DNA of 64,000 nucleotides from Cirrosporium novae-zelandiae (taxonomy: Eukaryota): positions 372,001 to 436,000 of the forward strand of contig JAPETS010000014.1 of the NCBI GenBank assembly GCA_026023565.1, read 5' to 3'. How positions within the stretch are numbered: the first letter of the stretch is position 1; every line of letters starts with the position of its first letter. The position numbers and the translations under genes are program-made. A model generated the notes under the pieces. That model did not search any database and was not told the DNA's origin. It saw nothing but the letters and a program-made list of their open reading frames with translations. Below are positions 50,631 through 63,547 of this stretch, piece after piece.

Positions 50631-53600
50631 ATGCTTGATGATATTCTCCTCGTTATCCACCATGCTTTACCATTCATCCTCCTAAGTATTGTTCTCCTTG
50701 CTCTTCGAACTGATATCCCGTCACTTTACAACTGGATAATCGTCGTCCTTGGTGCACTAGCAACATGGCTCTCCACTCCGACAAACACCCGTTGGGGAAT
50801 GACGATTCGCTTTGGGCTTCTATTTCTTGCTATTATTCTTTCTCCCTTGCAAAGATTTTTTTTCGGGTCGAAAGGCAGCAGTCATAACCAGAACGAGAAA
50901 TTCATTAATATTCTACACGATCCGCCGGATGCTGAATGCGAGTAAGAATAATGCTTCATTAGATAGACACGGCTACTGCAACATGACTGCTCCTGTCCTC
51001 ATTGACTATGAATGCTAATGAGATCTGCAGTATAGTCGCAGTTCATGGCTTGGGTTCCTCCGTTGAGACCACATGGAAGCATCCTGACTCAGGTAAGGTC
51101 TGGTTGAGAGACCTCCTCCATCAAGACCTCCCCAAGGCACGCATCATGACATTCCGGCACAATTCAAAGTGGAAGTCCGACGCACAAGTCAAGGACATAA
51201 TAGATTATGGAAAGCAACTTCTTAGTGCGGTGGAAGATGAGAGAGTCAAGGATGATGTACGAAACCCACCCCAAGACCATAAAATACTGCGATTCTGTAC
51301 CGAGTACTCTAGAAATGTGTTCATGTGCTGACTAGATTAATTACACAGGTGAAAGACAGGCCGATCGTGCTGATCGGACACAGTTTCGGCGGTTTGTTGA
51401 TCGAACAGGTATGGCACAAATTCCATTCTGACGATAGTCGTTTCTGGTCAGTCTAACTTCTGTCTTTGCAGGCACTCGTCATTGCGAAACGCCCTAGTCG
51501 TGACCGAGATATCGAGAAACAACACTCGAACCTCTTCAAGAGCCTCGCCGGCACGGTTTTCTTGGGCACTCCACATGCCGGGTCTGGATATACAGCGCTT
51601 GGGAAGCTTTATTGCCATCTCACATATTGGCGTGGGTCGAGCACCGTGCTACTAAGCGCAATCGATCCCGACTCGGACGCCACGCGGAACCTGGAGGATG
51701 AATTCTTGTCGGGCTACCCTGAATTACCGATGGCGGACTTCTATGAGGCATATCCTAATACGATTCTTGGTCAACGGGTGCTCGTAAGTAGTTCTATATA
51801 GATACGAATCACGCTCTCATTCTCCCAACCAGTGTCTGATCAAGAATTAGGTCGTCAAAAAGAAATCAGCAACGAGGGCGGGCTATATGTCCGAGTCCCT
51901 TGATACGGACCATTTTGGATTGAATAAGTATCGAGACCAGGATGATGCCAGTTATATCCGCGTCCGGAACGAGATGAACAGGATGCTGAAACTGAAAATG
52001 AGTATGTATTTCATCCACGTCTAATTATCTTTCTCGAAAAACTGACCAGCTATGTCATTTAGACGAAAACCAGAGAGAGACAGACGAAGAAGGTGTGTAG
52101 CTAGGGCCTCTATTCTCTAGATAGTTAATTGGTTGGTCCGTCTTGCTAATTCTGAAGAGGGGAAATATCTGGATGTACTTCGCCGGCTTGATTGGCTCGA
52201 CTTCGAGTCTACTAAGGAGGAGTACCGGGATAAGTTTATCGATGGGACTTGTGGGTGGATTGCGAAAGAGAAGCAGTTTGAGGAGTGGGATCTGAAGGAG
52301 AAAAATAAGGAAGAGAAAGGTGAGCGAAAGAAGGGAAGTGGGAAGAAGGAGAAAAAAGTCCTTTGGATTTTCGGAAAGCCTGGATCTGGAAAGACTTTCA
52401 TTGCACACGTGAGCAGGGTCATACTCGGAAACTATTGAGATCGAAGCACTAACATCTACCAGTACATATGCGAATATCTGAAGGACAAAGGTTTCTTGAT
52501 GTATTTCTTTTTCGACTCAAAGGGTGCTGAATCCAAGGAGCGTCAATCATTGGCAAAATTCTATCATACCATCCTCCGTCAGCTCCTTCAACTCCTACGA
52601 CATTCCAATCGCAAGCTAAAGACTGAGTGTTTTGAGATAGTACGCCAGAAGATCTTAACGGATGATCTGAACCAAGAAACCCTTCAGGAACTCTTACAGC
52701 AAGTCTTAACTAGGGTCGGCCCAACTTTCCTCGTTATCGATGCGCTTGACGAATGTAGGAAAGAAAACGACCCAGGTAAACTGCAAACCTGGTTAGCCAA
52801 TGAAAAGAAGCATCCAGGCCTCCGAACTCTCATAACAAGTCGCCCGGAACAGAGAATCACCGACGTAGCCGAGAATAGTCTTTTCATCCATCTCGAGCTC
52901 AATTCACTGGTAGCAAAGTCCAACAATGATATCAGGCTGTTTATTCAAGCTAGGTTGGTAAGCTCAAAAGATTTGCAAGGTGATGGACCGGAATGGAAGG
53001 AAGTGAAACAAAAGATTGAGCATAGGTTGATGGAAAGAGCTGATGTAAGTTTTAATCGGGCATTAACCTTTCGTCTACTCTCGTGCTGACCGGGTCAGGG
53101 AATGATTCTATACACAAGTCTAATGCTCCAAATTCTCGAAGACAAAGCCGGCGATTTCGAGGATTTAGTCGCAGAGTTAGAGCGGTTACCTCCGAACATC
53201 GGCAAGCTCTATGAGGATAGGCTGGGCCAGATAAAGAATGTAGATTTTGCCAAAAGAATTTTTCAATGGCTTGTTACTTGCAGGCGTCCACTGACTGTTG
53301 ATGCACTCAGGGGAGCCAACACCATCAACAAGACGATCCAACGTGAGAAGAGCTTCGAGTTACAGGGCAAAGATCTTCCACTGGGAATGGACCAAGATCG
53401 TTTTCGTCGATTCCTCCTCAAAGACTGCTTGCCATTGATAGAGATCTTGAAAGATGACACCGTGCGTCTTGTCCACACTACCGTCTCTCAATATCTCTTA
53501 GGCGAGAACATGGGAGAGGAAGACGCTTCATCCACTACAGGTCCTCCCCCCCGCTTTCACGTTCATCTCAAGCAGAGCCATGAGCAAATTGCACTTACCT

Positions 53601-56600
53601 GCTTGACGTATCTGCGCGTAGTCGTTGGCGATATTGACGCCTCCCACAACCGTAGTCTCTCGGGCAATCCCAATTTACGAGAATATGCGGTGCTTGAGTG
53701 GTCTGAACACAGCCAGAGATCCGAGGAAGAGATCATGGCGCAGCAGAAGAAAAGGAAAGTTCTCGTCTCGTTCTGCAAGGAATGGGCGTTTACAGCTTGG
53801 CTGGACGATCGTGCGCGCATGGATAATCGTTTCTGCGTGCACTTTTCGCTTGAAAGAACGAGTATTACTAATATTGGTACGGGCTGTCCCGCGAGGCGTT
53901 ACCCCACACCTCTTCATATTGCGGCCTACTTCAACCTATATCTCCTCAGCCGTAAGTTCTTGGACCAAGTAAACATCAGCGATGCAACGGAGAGCACTCC
54001 ACTGCATATTGCTGCTGGACTCGACCACGCAATTATTGTTCACGACCTGTTGAAAGCCGGGGCGCGGACCGACATGCAGGATTCAAATGGTTCCTTTGCT
54101 CTCCACAGGGCCGTACGGAGAGGTCATATTGGGGCCCTCAAGGAGCTAATAATTGGTAACGCTGATGTCAACGCGAAAGACAAGTACAAGTTCACTCCCT
54201 TACATGTTGCTTGTCAGCTTGGGTGGACAGAATGCGTAAAGATGCTACTCGATCATGGTGCCAAAGTGCCCACGGAGAGCGATGCGGTCGAGACGCCTTT
54301 GGGATTCGCCATTGCCAATGGACACTTTGGTGTGGTTCGTGTTCTTTTGAACGGAGACAAGTCTTTGATTTCATTTTGTGGCAAGCCATTGGTCCAAGCT
54401 GCTCGCAAAGGGAAATCTGACATGGTGAAGTTTCTCCTCGAAAACGGAGCGGATATCTCCCACACGGATTTTATGGGTCAAACAGCTTTACACAAAGCCT
54501 GCATTTCCGGGCATATGGACTTGGTTGAATATTTGCTCAACTACCCGAAGGTCACCGTCGATCCCGTTGACCAGTCGGAGCGAACGCCTCTGTATTTTGC
54601 GGCCGAGAGAGGATATCTCGACATCGTCAACTTGCTCATCAAACACGATGCGAATGTAAATTACCTAGATAGGCGTTGGGAAACTGCGATGTTTAAACCT
54701 GCTGGTAATGGGCACACGGCAGTGGTGAGTCGATTGCTAGATGTCGGTACTAACCCAACGAAACTGGATATGTGGGACCGGACTCCCCTGCGATTTGCCG
54801 CAATGAGAGGTCGAAAGGATATTGTCCGCATGCTACTTGAAAGAACTAAAATCGACCAAAACAAGCCTGACTGGATGGGGCGGCCTGTTCTTCATGCTGG
54901 GGCAGCATATCTACGCCAAGGCCAAGAGGAAGTCATTGATATACTCTTTGAACATGGTGCGCAGCCAGCCACCCAAGGATATGAAGGAGGCAGCGCCCTT
55001 CATGCTGCGATATCCCGTGAATCGGACCAACCACCTGTAACAAAAGATCTTGTGGAAAAGCTAATCCACTACGGGGTTCCTATAGATACTGTCGACGAAC
55101 ATGGGAAAACACCCCTTGCCTTAGCTGTCCAAAGTGAGAACCTCGAAGTCGTTGAGCATCTCCTTAAGTCTGGCGCTAGTCCAGGCAATACTGCTCTTCA
55201 CTGTGCCATCGAGACGGGTAATATTGTCGTTGTCAAGCTGCTCCTGTGCTACCAGTCCAATCTAGATTTGACAGAGCGAAACTTGTCGGGAGAGACTGCT
55301 CTTCATATAGCCGCGAAGGAAGGTGACGAAGCGATTCTTAAGGAACTTCTGAATGCTAAGATTGCTACAAGGCTTCTCGACATGGAAGGAATGACTGCCC
55401 TTATGAGAGCAGAGAAGCTAGAGAAAGAAGGCCTTGTGAGCTTGCTTCAAAATGCCGATCCTGCACCCGCTGGTGATTATGAGACTCGTGCAGCAAGTGG
55501 TTTGTGGGGTCGACGTGCGATTCACTGGGCGGCAGAAGACGGAAAAGACGTCAAGATATACATGACAGATGATGAAACCTTGAATTCTAAGGATGATGTT
55601 GGGAGAACTGCACTTCATTTGGCAACGCTCTTGGGGTGTTTAATGGTTGTCCAGCAGCTCCTCTCTGCCAAAGCAGACGTTGATCTTACAGAGGAGCTGG
55701 GCCAGACACCATTGCATTATGCAGCAGAAAATGGAAATATGGAAATCATGGAAGCCCTCATATCTGCAGAAGCGGACATTAACGCCCAAGATAAGTGGTT
55801 TCGATCCCCTCTACATCTCGCCGTGCAAAAAGGACATTCAGAAACTGCAAGCCGACTCATCTCTGCCGATGCTCAAATTCAAAGCGACTATCAGCAACAA
55901 ACGGTTTTCCACATCGCAGCTATGCACGGACATGAAAATATAATGTCTTCTCTACTAGAGAGCAATCCAATTCCCTTGAATGTCTACCAACAAGACCACG
56001 CCGGCAAAACAGCTTTGCATTACGCGTCCGAACACGGGAACACGGCTATAGTGACAGCCCTTCTTCCCTATTTTGAAGAATCTTCAATGATAGATATCAA
56101 GGACGATTTGAAACAGACGGCCCTTCATTTAGCATCCAAAAATGGCTATATTGACATCGTACGGCGTCTCATAAAGTCGGGGTCCATTGTATACCGAACT
56201 AGCGAAGACCGAGATATGGCACTCCATTTCGCCGCCGAGTCTGACCACCTTGAAACAGTTGCGGAGCTTCTCGATGCGCTTCCCGACCATGTTGAACGTT
56301 GTCTCAACAAGTGGGACGAGAAGCATCCGCAATGGCCAAGCGAAGAAGAAGGCTACGACCAAGCCTTCTTTGAAGCCCTCATTAACGTTGGTGCATTGGT
56401 ACAAAATCCAGAGACTAGAAAATGGCAAGTCAACCCCGAAGAATGGCTCCCCACCGCCAGACAAACCCTAAAATCCAAAATAATCTCAGACCTCCAAGGA
56501 TGGGACAAAAGCGAACACAGCATAGCGACAACCGCCATAAACCGAGCCGTAAAATCCGGCCACGTCTCCATCGTCAAATTCCTACTAAAGACAATCCCCG

Positions 56601-57136
56601 GAACCCCCCCAGAAACACCCGACTACTTCGGCTTCGATCCCCTCCAGCGCGCCGCCCATCTCGGCCTCACCGAAATCGCATCCCACCTCCTCGCCGCGGG
56701 CGCAACCATCAACGCCATCTCCGACAGCCAGCAAACGTGCCTCCACCTCGCTGCCACAAACGGCCACGCCGAAACCATCGATCTCCTCCTAGAAAACGGC
56801 GCCAACGCCGATCTAGCCCGCTACCGCGACGGGCGCACCGCGCTGCACCTGGCCGCAGAGAAAGGCCACACGGGTGCCGTGAAAGCTTTAATCCGAATGG
56901 CGTTCCTCAATGCGAGAGACGATCTCGATAAGACGCCGCTTCACCTGGCATGTGAGAATGGGGAGGAGGGAGTGGTGGATTTGCTGTTGGATGTGGATGC
57001 GGATGTTTTGGTTGGGGATGTGGAGCGCAAGACGCCGTTGGCGGTGGCGAGTGAGCGTGGGTTTGGGAGGATTCTGGAGAAGTTGGAGGTGGTGGCTACG
57101 AGGCAGAAGTTGCGGATGGCTGAGGTGGGAAAGTGA
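50631..57136 (+). CDS. Fungal NLR-like protein, ~1,986 aa: hydrophobic N-terminus + SesB-like alpha/beta hydrolase + NACHT + ~30 ankyrin repeats; exons 50631-50941, 51031-51256, 51349-51408, 51472-51783, 51851-52001, 52063-52092, 52158-52408, 52463-53044, 53099-57136
   Basis: Hydrolase motifs DIVAVHGLG, VWLRDLL, GHSFGG, FLGTPHAGS, DTDHFGLNKY. NACHT motifs GTCGWI, Walker A WIFGKPGSGKT, YFFF, Walker B FLVIDALDEC, LITSRPE, VRLVHTTV. Repeated TPLH/TALH ankyrin units. All introns are GT..AG and phases are consistent (5961 nt total). Confidence 0.88.
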
Positions 57137-59426
57137 ATGAGATATGTTTTTCCTTCTGACCAAAAGAGGTGACTAGGGTTCCTGAGTTAACCTAATATTG
57201 CATAATATTTTGGGCATGGTGCAGTGTGTAATTCAACAGAGAAGTACACTTATACCAGTGAGACTAATCACTAGTACTCTTGGGAATTGAACCCAACCTG
57301 GTATTTATGGCATCCGATAAACAGATCTCACCCCAAACGCTAACCTAGGAACTTCTCAAAAAAACGGGTTTTCCTCTTATCTTCTTCTTTCTTCCTCACT
57401 GTTAACGCCACAGCTCTACCCAAGTTATAATATCCTATAAATCCTAGCACTAGTCTACCCCACATCCTTTTATTTCGATTAGTTACCTAGGTACAGCAAG
57501 AGTGTTGGCTTCTTCTTCTCCTTCTTCCCTCACTCCCCTCTTCTCCACCCTTTTCTTTTCTCTCATCAACTTAAACACGATAATAAACCCGATAGAATAG
57601 AAAACGTATAAAATATAATCCAAAGCGATTGCGCACGCGACGCATACAGGTAGCCGTACGCAGCGTAGATGGGATAATAATAGATAAAAGGAGCAGAAGT
57701 GCTAACATCTACAATTTTTTTCTACTGTTAACGTTGTGGTAAGGTTATAGGTTATATAGGATATATATCCTAACACCCAACACTAGATATCCCACGTCCC
57801 ACATCCCTTTTCTCATTTCTTCTTAATTGATTAAGTGTAAGAGCGTTTATTCCCCTTTGCTCCCCCCCCCCCCCCCCCATTCCTTATTAACTTAACCCCG
57901 ATAGAATAAAATAAATAGATAGAATAGAAAACTCATAATCCAAGACCCATCATATGTAGCGTATATAGGATATGATAGGATATGATAGGATGCGTAGAAT
58001 AGATAACAGGAGCAAGGAACAGAAAAAAACAAAAAAAAGAAAGAAAAAAAAGAAAAAAAAAGCTTTAAGAAATCCTTTAAGAAAGTGCAAAGGAATACAA
58101 ACAAGTCTTAGACTAAGGTAGGTAAGTTTAGCACAAAACAGCAGCACAGTAGTAATTCTAGATTATATATAAACGGGAAAGGGGCAAGAAAGACATGAAT
58201 CATATTTTTCAAGTTTTAATATATTACCCAAGATTACCATAGATATTCAGAAAAAATCAAGAAATTATAAAACCGTATCATTTTCCCTATTTTTTTATAT
58301 TTTATATTTCATATTTTTTTTTTATCAAGAGACTTCTATAGGTCCTAGAAGTAAGGTAAAGGTAAGGTAAATGTTTATAGAAAGATAGGATAGGAGTGAG
58401 GGGAGTTGAGGAAGGGATTTTATATTTCACAACTTACCAATTAACCCACCTAGGTAACCGAACTAGCATGGTCTTAGTCCTAGATTACTTGTACTTTATG
58501 TAGTCTAAACGGTAAAACAAAAATAAGATAAGGACAAAAACATTAATCTTTTTTTTTTTTTTAGTAATTATATCTAATTAATTAGATAATTATGAAATTA
58601 ACTAAAACTTATATTCCACTTTAATTATCTTAACTATTATTATTAATTAACCTATATTCTATATTTCTCTTACAGTCTTCCCACGGAACACGTCCCCCCC
58701 AAAGAGAAATATATATATATATATATATGTATAGATACGTATAAGTTCTTACAAGGTACAATACAAATTAACAAATTAGCGTGTTAATAGATATATATTA
58801 AATGAACCTTTTTTAAGGTGGTGATTACAGACAACGAACTCAGCCCCCCCCCCCTCGAGGGATCTATATATATCTATATTTATATTTATACCTGTATAAA
58901 GTTGGAGATGGTGGGGGTGAGGGGGGAGGGGTTATGTGATGTGATGTGACATAATATCCTGATAGCTCGGTTATCTGTGACATTTTGATTATTTTTGTTT
59001 TAAAGAAATATACATGTATAATTAAAAGAGAGTGTTACAAGATAAAATTTTTGCAAGAGTTTTTGATGTTGTTTTTTGGGGACTCTACAGAGATGGGTTG
59101 TGTGGCTCACTAACTTTCTGTAGCTGGCTAACTACAGAGTCCCTCCATTATAGATGTTATTTACGACCTGTTTTATTAATTATTCAAGGACGTTGAAAAA
59201 TCACAACGATAAACAAACCATCCCAGTTATATTGAAATTACTACTAGTGGATCAGGTACTTTAGTAGTAGCACCGAACCTTTCTTTTGTAAACCACATCG
59301 CACCAGCATAATTGCCCTAAACTTACTTACTTTTCTTGATTCTGAAAATAATCAAGTACTCAATTGAACTCCTTTGACCTGATTGAATCTCCAGAATCAT
59401 AAACATAAGCATCAAGAACCCTACCC

Positions 59427-61330
59427 CTACTCCGGCTCGTCGTGATATTCTATCTCTTTTGCAGGTCTGCAGCAAGGCCCATTTTGGGGGCATTCATCTC
59501 CGCAGTCAAGGAGGCACGCATCAGGAATGCTACGTTCGCTTGCTGCGCGATTGACACTCCCATTTGGGTTTGTAAACCGTTTGTGGCCTGTTGATGATCC
59601 ATTTCCACTCGAATCCGAATGATCATGAGTGCTATCAAGACAGAACTCCGGTTGGATTGTAGAAGAATGTATACCATATTCATGAAGGCAACGTCGTATG
59701 GCGTGGGCAAGTTCCATATACCTTGCAGCACCTGCATGCTTAAAGTCGAAGCTAACTTGAACATGCAAAGACGCTACTAGTTTACTGTCGCTAAGTTGCC
59801 AAACATGAAGATGATGGCAGCCTACTACGCCGTCAAGTTCTGAGATGTCGTCAGAGATGTCACTGACACTGATATGTTCTGGTGTTGCTTGAAGTAAGAT
59901 CCGGGAGGCTGCAAGGCAAAGCGGTATAGCCGAAGCCAAAATAACGCAAGTAATGATCAAGGAAATTAGAGGATCAGCATAGAATCTCCATGAATATGAA
60001 GTAAGCCAGATGAATAGTGCGGAACCGATTACACCAATATTACCTAGAGCATCTCCCATAACATGAAGAAATACTCCACGCATGTTAAGATCGTGCGAAT
60101 GTCCATGTCCGGCTCCAGGTTTCTTGGCTTTTGTATGATGGTGTCCTATGTGCCAAGAATCATGTCGTTTGTGGCCATTTCCATCCTGGCCGTGGTTTGG
60201 TTCACCTAGAAATTGGGTTGTATCATCCTCCGTGCCATTGAGAGGTGGTAAGATATCGTCCGGGGTACCATTATCATCAATAGCTTCTTCGGATTCAGAT
60301 TCATTTCGTGATGGAATATCTTCCATTTTGCTGGCTGCAATAATTTCATTCCGGAAGCTTGCTGGATGCACAGATATACTGTCAACTCCGGCGAAGCCAC
60401 GTTGCCTGGAGGTACTTCCATGACGTCGATGGGCTATTTGGCTTCGATGGCTACCCCGTCTAGTTTTGGTTCCAGAATGCGATGTCCTTCTGGTCACAGT
60501 ACTATCGTTTTCATCACTTGAAGTAAAGCCTGCAGAGCGGGCCCTGTTATGAGCATCCAATGTCGTTGTTAAATCATTGATCATTGGGCCAGTAGATGGC
60601 CATCCAGCCACAGTACTTTGAGGAAGGATATCGGTGACGTTCTCGCCCTCATCCAACACAACAGCCGCCTCTTGATCAGGGATATCATGGTATCGTCCCT
60701 CCTCAGCAATGTAAATTTCATCTTCCTGATGAGAATGTTCTCCTTCGGATGGGCCATGACTATGATCATGAAAAAGCAAAAGACCAACAAGATTTGAAGC
60801 AAGACCGAAGCAACCGACAACAAGAACAATCATGGGATTCTTAATTTCCTGTGGTTCGACAAAGCGTTGTATGGCATCTAAGAAGATGGAGAGGCATAAT
60901 GCGACTAGGAAAACACCGTTGAACAGAGCTCCAAGAGTCTCGGCGCGTTGCCACTGTACATGGTCAATGAGGTCACCCTAGAAAAGGACTGGCTTTGCCT
61001 TACTCCATATGTATATCTTGCGGAAACGGTTCCTTTCTGGGCGACTTTTACAGCCCAAAGGCCGACAAGCAAGGATATGACATCGTTTAACTAATTGTTA
61101 TGTTCAGCCTTGCATTATTGAGAGAAATTGATTTTCTTGAATCGTACCATATGAAAGGAATCGGCAACGAGGGCAAGAGAGTGAACAGCATATCCTAGAA
61201 ATCAAATGAATTAGCATTAGAAAAGATCCATCGATAAACAGGGGTATTTACCACAGGAGATCTCAATTAGGAAAAAGACGGAGTCGATAGCGAGCAATGT
61301 AATCATGCGTGTAGACTTGGACATCCCCAT
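59427..61330 (-). CDS. ZRC1: CDF-family vacuolar zinc transporter (Zrc1/Cot1-like); 3 introns
   Basis: MGMSKSTRM..IDSVFFLIE, HSLALVADSFHMLND, YTYGWQRAETLGALFN, His-rich loop, DLNMRGVFLHVMGDALGNIGV, HHLHVWQL, GIHSSTIQPE. Confidence 0.92.
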
Positions 61331-62189
61331 ACTGAAGGTGGGGTGGCGCCGTGGGCGCCTTTCCTGGAATGAAGAATCAAGTAATTGTTCAAAGACAGGA
61401 TGGTATTGATTGATTAAATGAATACCCTAAAGTGTTTGATGGAAGAAAGTCAAGAAGTTCAGAGTGGAGTGTATGGATATCGCATTTAGATAGGAGAATT
61501 GTTCAGTCTTTGGCTTTGGCTTTGGCTAAAAAGCTCCAAGTCTTATGTCATCGGCAATACTGTATCCGTCTTTAGATTCCTGGGGACAATAATGAAAGTT
61601 GATATTCTTGTTGGTTCACTTATTAGAAATTAAAATGATAAAAGCCTATAAAATTCAGTCTCATTTTACACAAGGACATATTCTTTGAAATTCTAAAAAA
61701 AAATTTGTAGGACATTTTGTGTCTTAAAAAAAGATACGCTAGTACACAATATGGTTTTACAAGTACACGTAAGATTACGTGTGGCTGCCTAAGGCGCTGA
61801 TATGGACTCTATTATTTCGCCCTCTTATCTAACACATTTAGAGAATTAGTAGGTTTTGAAGGTGGCAAGATGTATCAATTGGAGACAGGGAGGCCTTTAA
61901 GCAACATAAATGAGAAATATATATGTCTCGGATATGACCTGGAACATCTAGTTGTGTGTGATATGGAGAGGTTGAAAATTAACTTTGTATAATTGCTCCA
62001 TTTATCATTTACATGGTAAGCAGCCTTTCGTTTTAAAAGTATTTCCCCCTATTAAATGCCAACAGAACCCCCTTCTCTCTCTACCCCTGAATACTCTCTA
62101 TTCCCATATTCCCCTTCAAGATATCAAGCGTCAAGGATGATTTAATCTCCTATCCCGTTGTAAACCATACTGTCATTCTTTTAATCGTC

Positions 62190-62943
62190 TCAACTCGCAT
62201 CAACTATGATAATCAATACTTCGATTGTGATTATGACCTTCTTCATCATTAGCGTCAAGTCTATCGTTGAAACACTTTCTGGGACAAACTGCCAATGCCA
62301 GCAAAATCCCGACAGCAAGCATGTCCCAACCACCTGCAAGTACTTTCCCACGAACAATGGCATTCTGCTGTCTCAAAAATCGGACACCCCCGAGAAATGC
62401 GATTATGATTGCTGCACATTGACATAGAGCTGCAAGTGGAATCCCCAAAGTGTATAGATCCAAGGGTAGGTTAGGAATGAGGTCAAGTTCCATACGGAAG
62501 AGTTGAGCGATGAAGACTCCGGCCATGGCTAATGTGAGCGACGTATGAAGGTAAGCTAAGTAAATCCTTTCTAGGGCTGAGCAATTATAAACGTTAGACT
62601 CTGCAGGTAGATGAGAACAAGACGGATCGAATGTAGTAAATCAATCACTCATGGGCTGGAACATACCAAAGTGATCACGGCTTGCTTCTTGTGTGACAGT
62701 AACAGATATTTGATCTCCCCAGAATCTCTTTATCTTAGGCAAGAAACCCGAATATTCCTTTTGGGGTTGAAATAGACTCCTATCTGGTGTTTCAAGGCAC
62801 TCTGCAGAGTGCCGATCCGCTATTACAACAGGCGGGAGTATAACAAGTTTAAAGACATCTTGCGAAATATTTTCTTCATGGCCAATCTTGACTAGAGCTA
62901 TCTGAGGTCCTGAGAAGTTGGACTCAGCAGACGTTGAATCCAT
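62190..62943 (-). CDS. DUF202-domain membrane protein; introns 62577-62666 and 62238-62289
   Basis: SRDHF|ALERIYLAYLHTSL..MAGVFIAQLFR..LGIPLA..RFLRQQNAIVRGK: the DUF202 'RDHxAxERTxLA' signature. Confidence 0.8.
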
Positions 62944-63547
62944 GAATTGCCGTTCTAACCTTCAAGCCAGATGTAAAGGAAGAATAATATAGAAGGGCTA
63001 GTTGAAAGTAAATGCGTAGGATGGGTGGACACCTCTCAAAGAATAAGCTAAAGAAAATATAAGGACGAGAGTTCTAGGGGAATAGAATTGTTTTGGATAA
63101 ATAGAACGGCTGATACCTTTTTCATAAAGCTACCCACTAGGTAATATTGTGTAGACACCTTTGGATGTATATACACCCAAGGAACGAAATAACCTACGGA
63201 TAAGCCCTCAAGACTTTAATCACTAAAGAGGTATTTCAACGGAGCCACAGACCTTCAGGACATTGCCGACTTTTATCCTCGTATCCGGACCATGATCGAA
63301 GACTAACCCTAGTACGTGAACTAATTGGTATTCATTCCTAGACTAAAAGATGCTTAACCAATTCTCAAATGAGTAGCTTCAAAGGACCCTGACGCTTTAG
63401 AAATATGAATGCTGTCAGCATCCATAATATTGGTATCGGAAACCCAGGTTCAATAGAATAAGAATAAGCATGCCCGCTATCCTCAAGCCCACCAGAAAAC
63501 TAATTCATGGCCAATACAGTTACCCTGTATCCAATACCCTTCGAGCT

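Noticed and set aside
50000..52200. Amyloid signalling motif (HET-s/sigma/PP type) associated with the NLR
   Set aside because: No N/Q/G-rich pseudo-repeat was seen at the NLR N-terminus or in neighbouring ORFs; the effector appears to be fused instead.
808..61564. Recurrent TACAGTA/TACTGTA heptamers (e.g. 808, 8313, 9734, 26288, 32538, 33919, 40880) resembling Tc1/mariner excision footprints
   Set aside because: About ten independent loci is close to chance expectation for a 7-mer on two strands in 64 kb, and no transposase or TIR pair was found.
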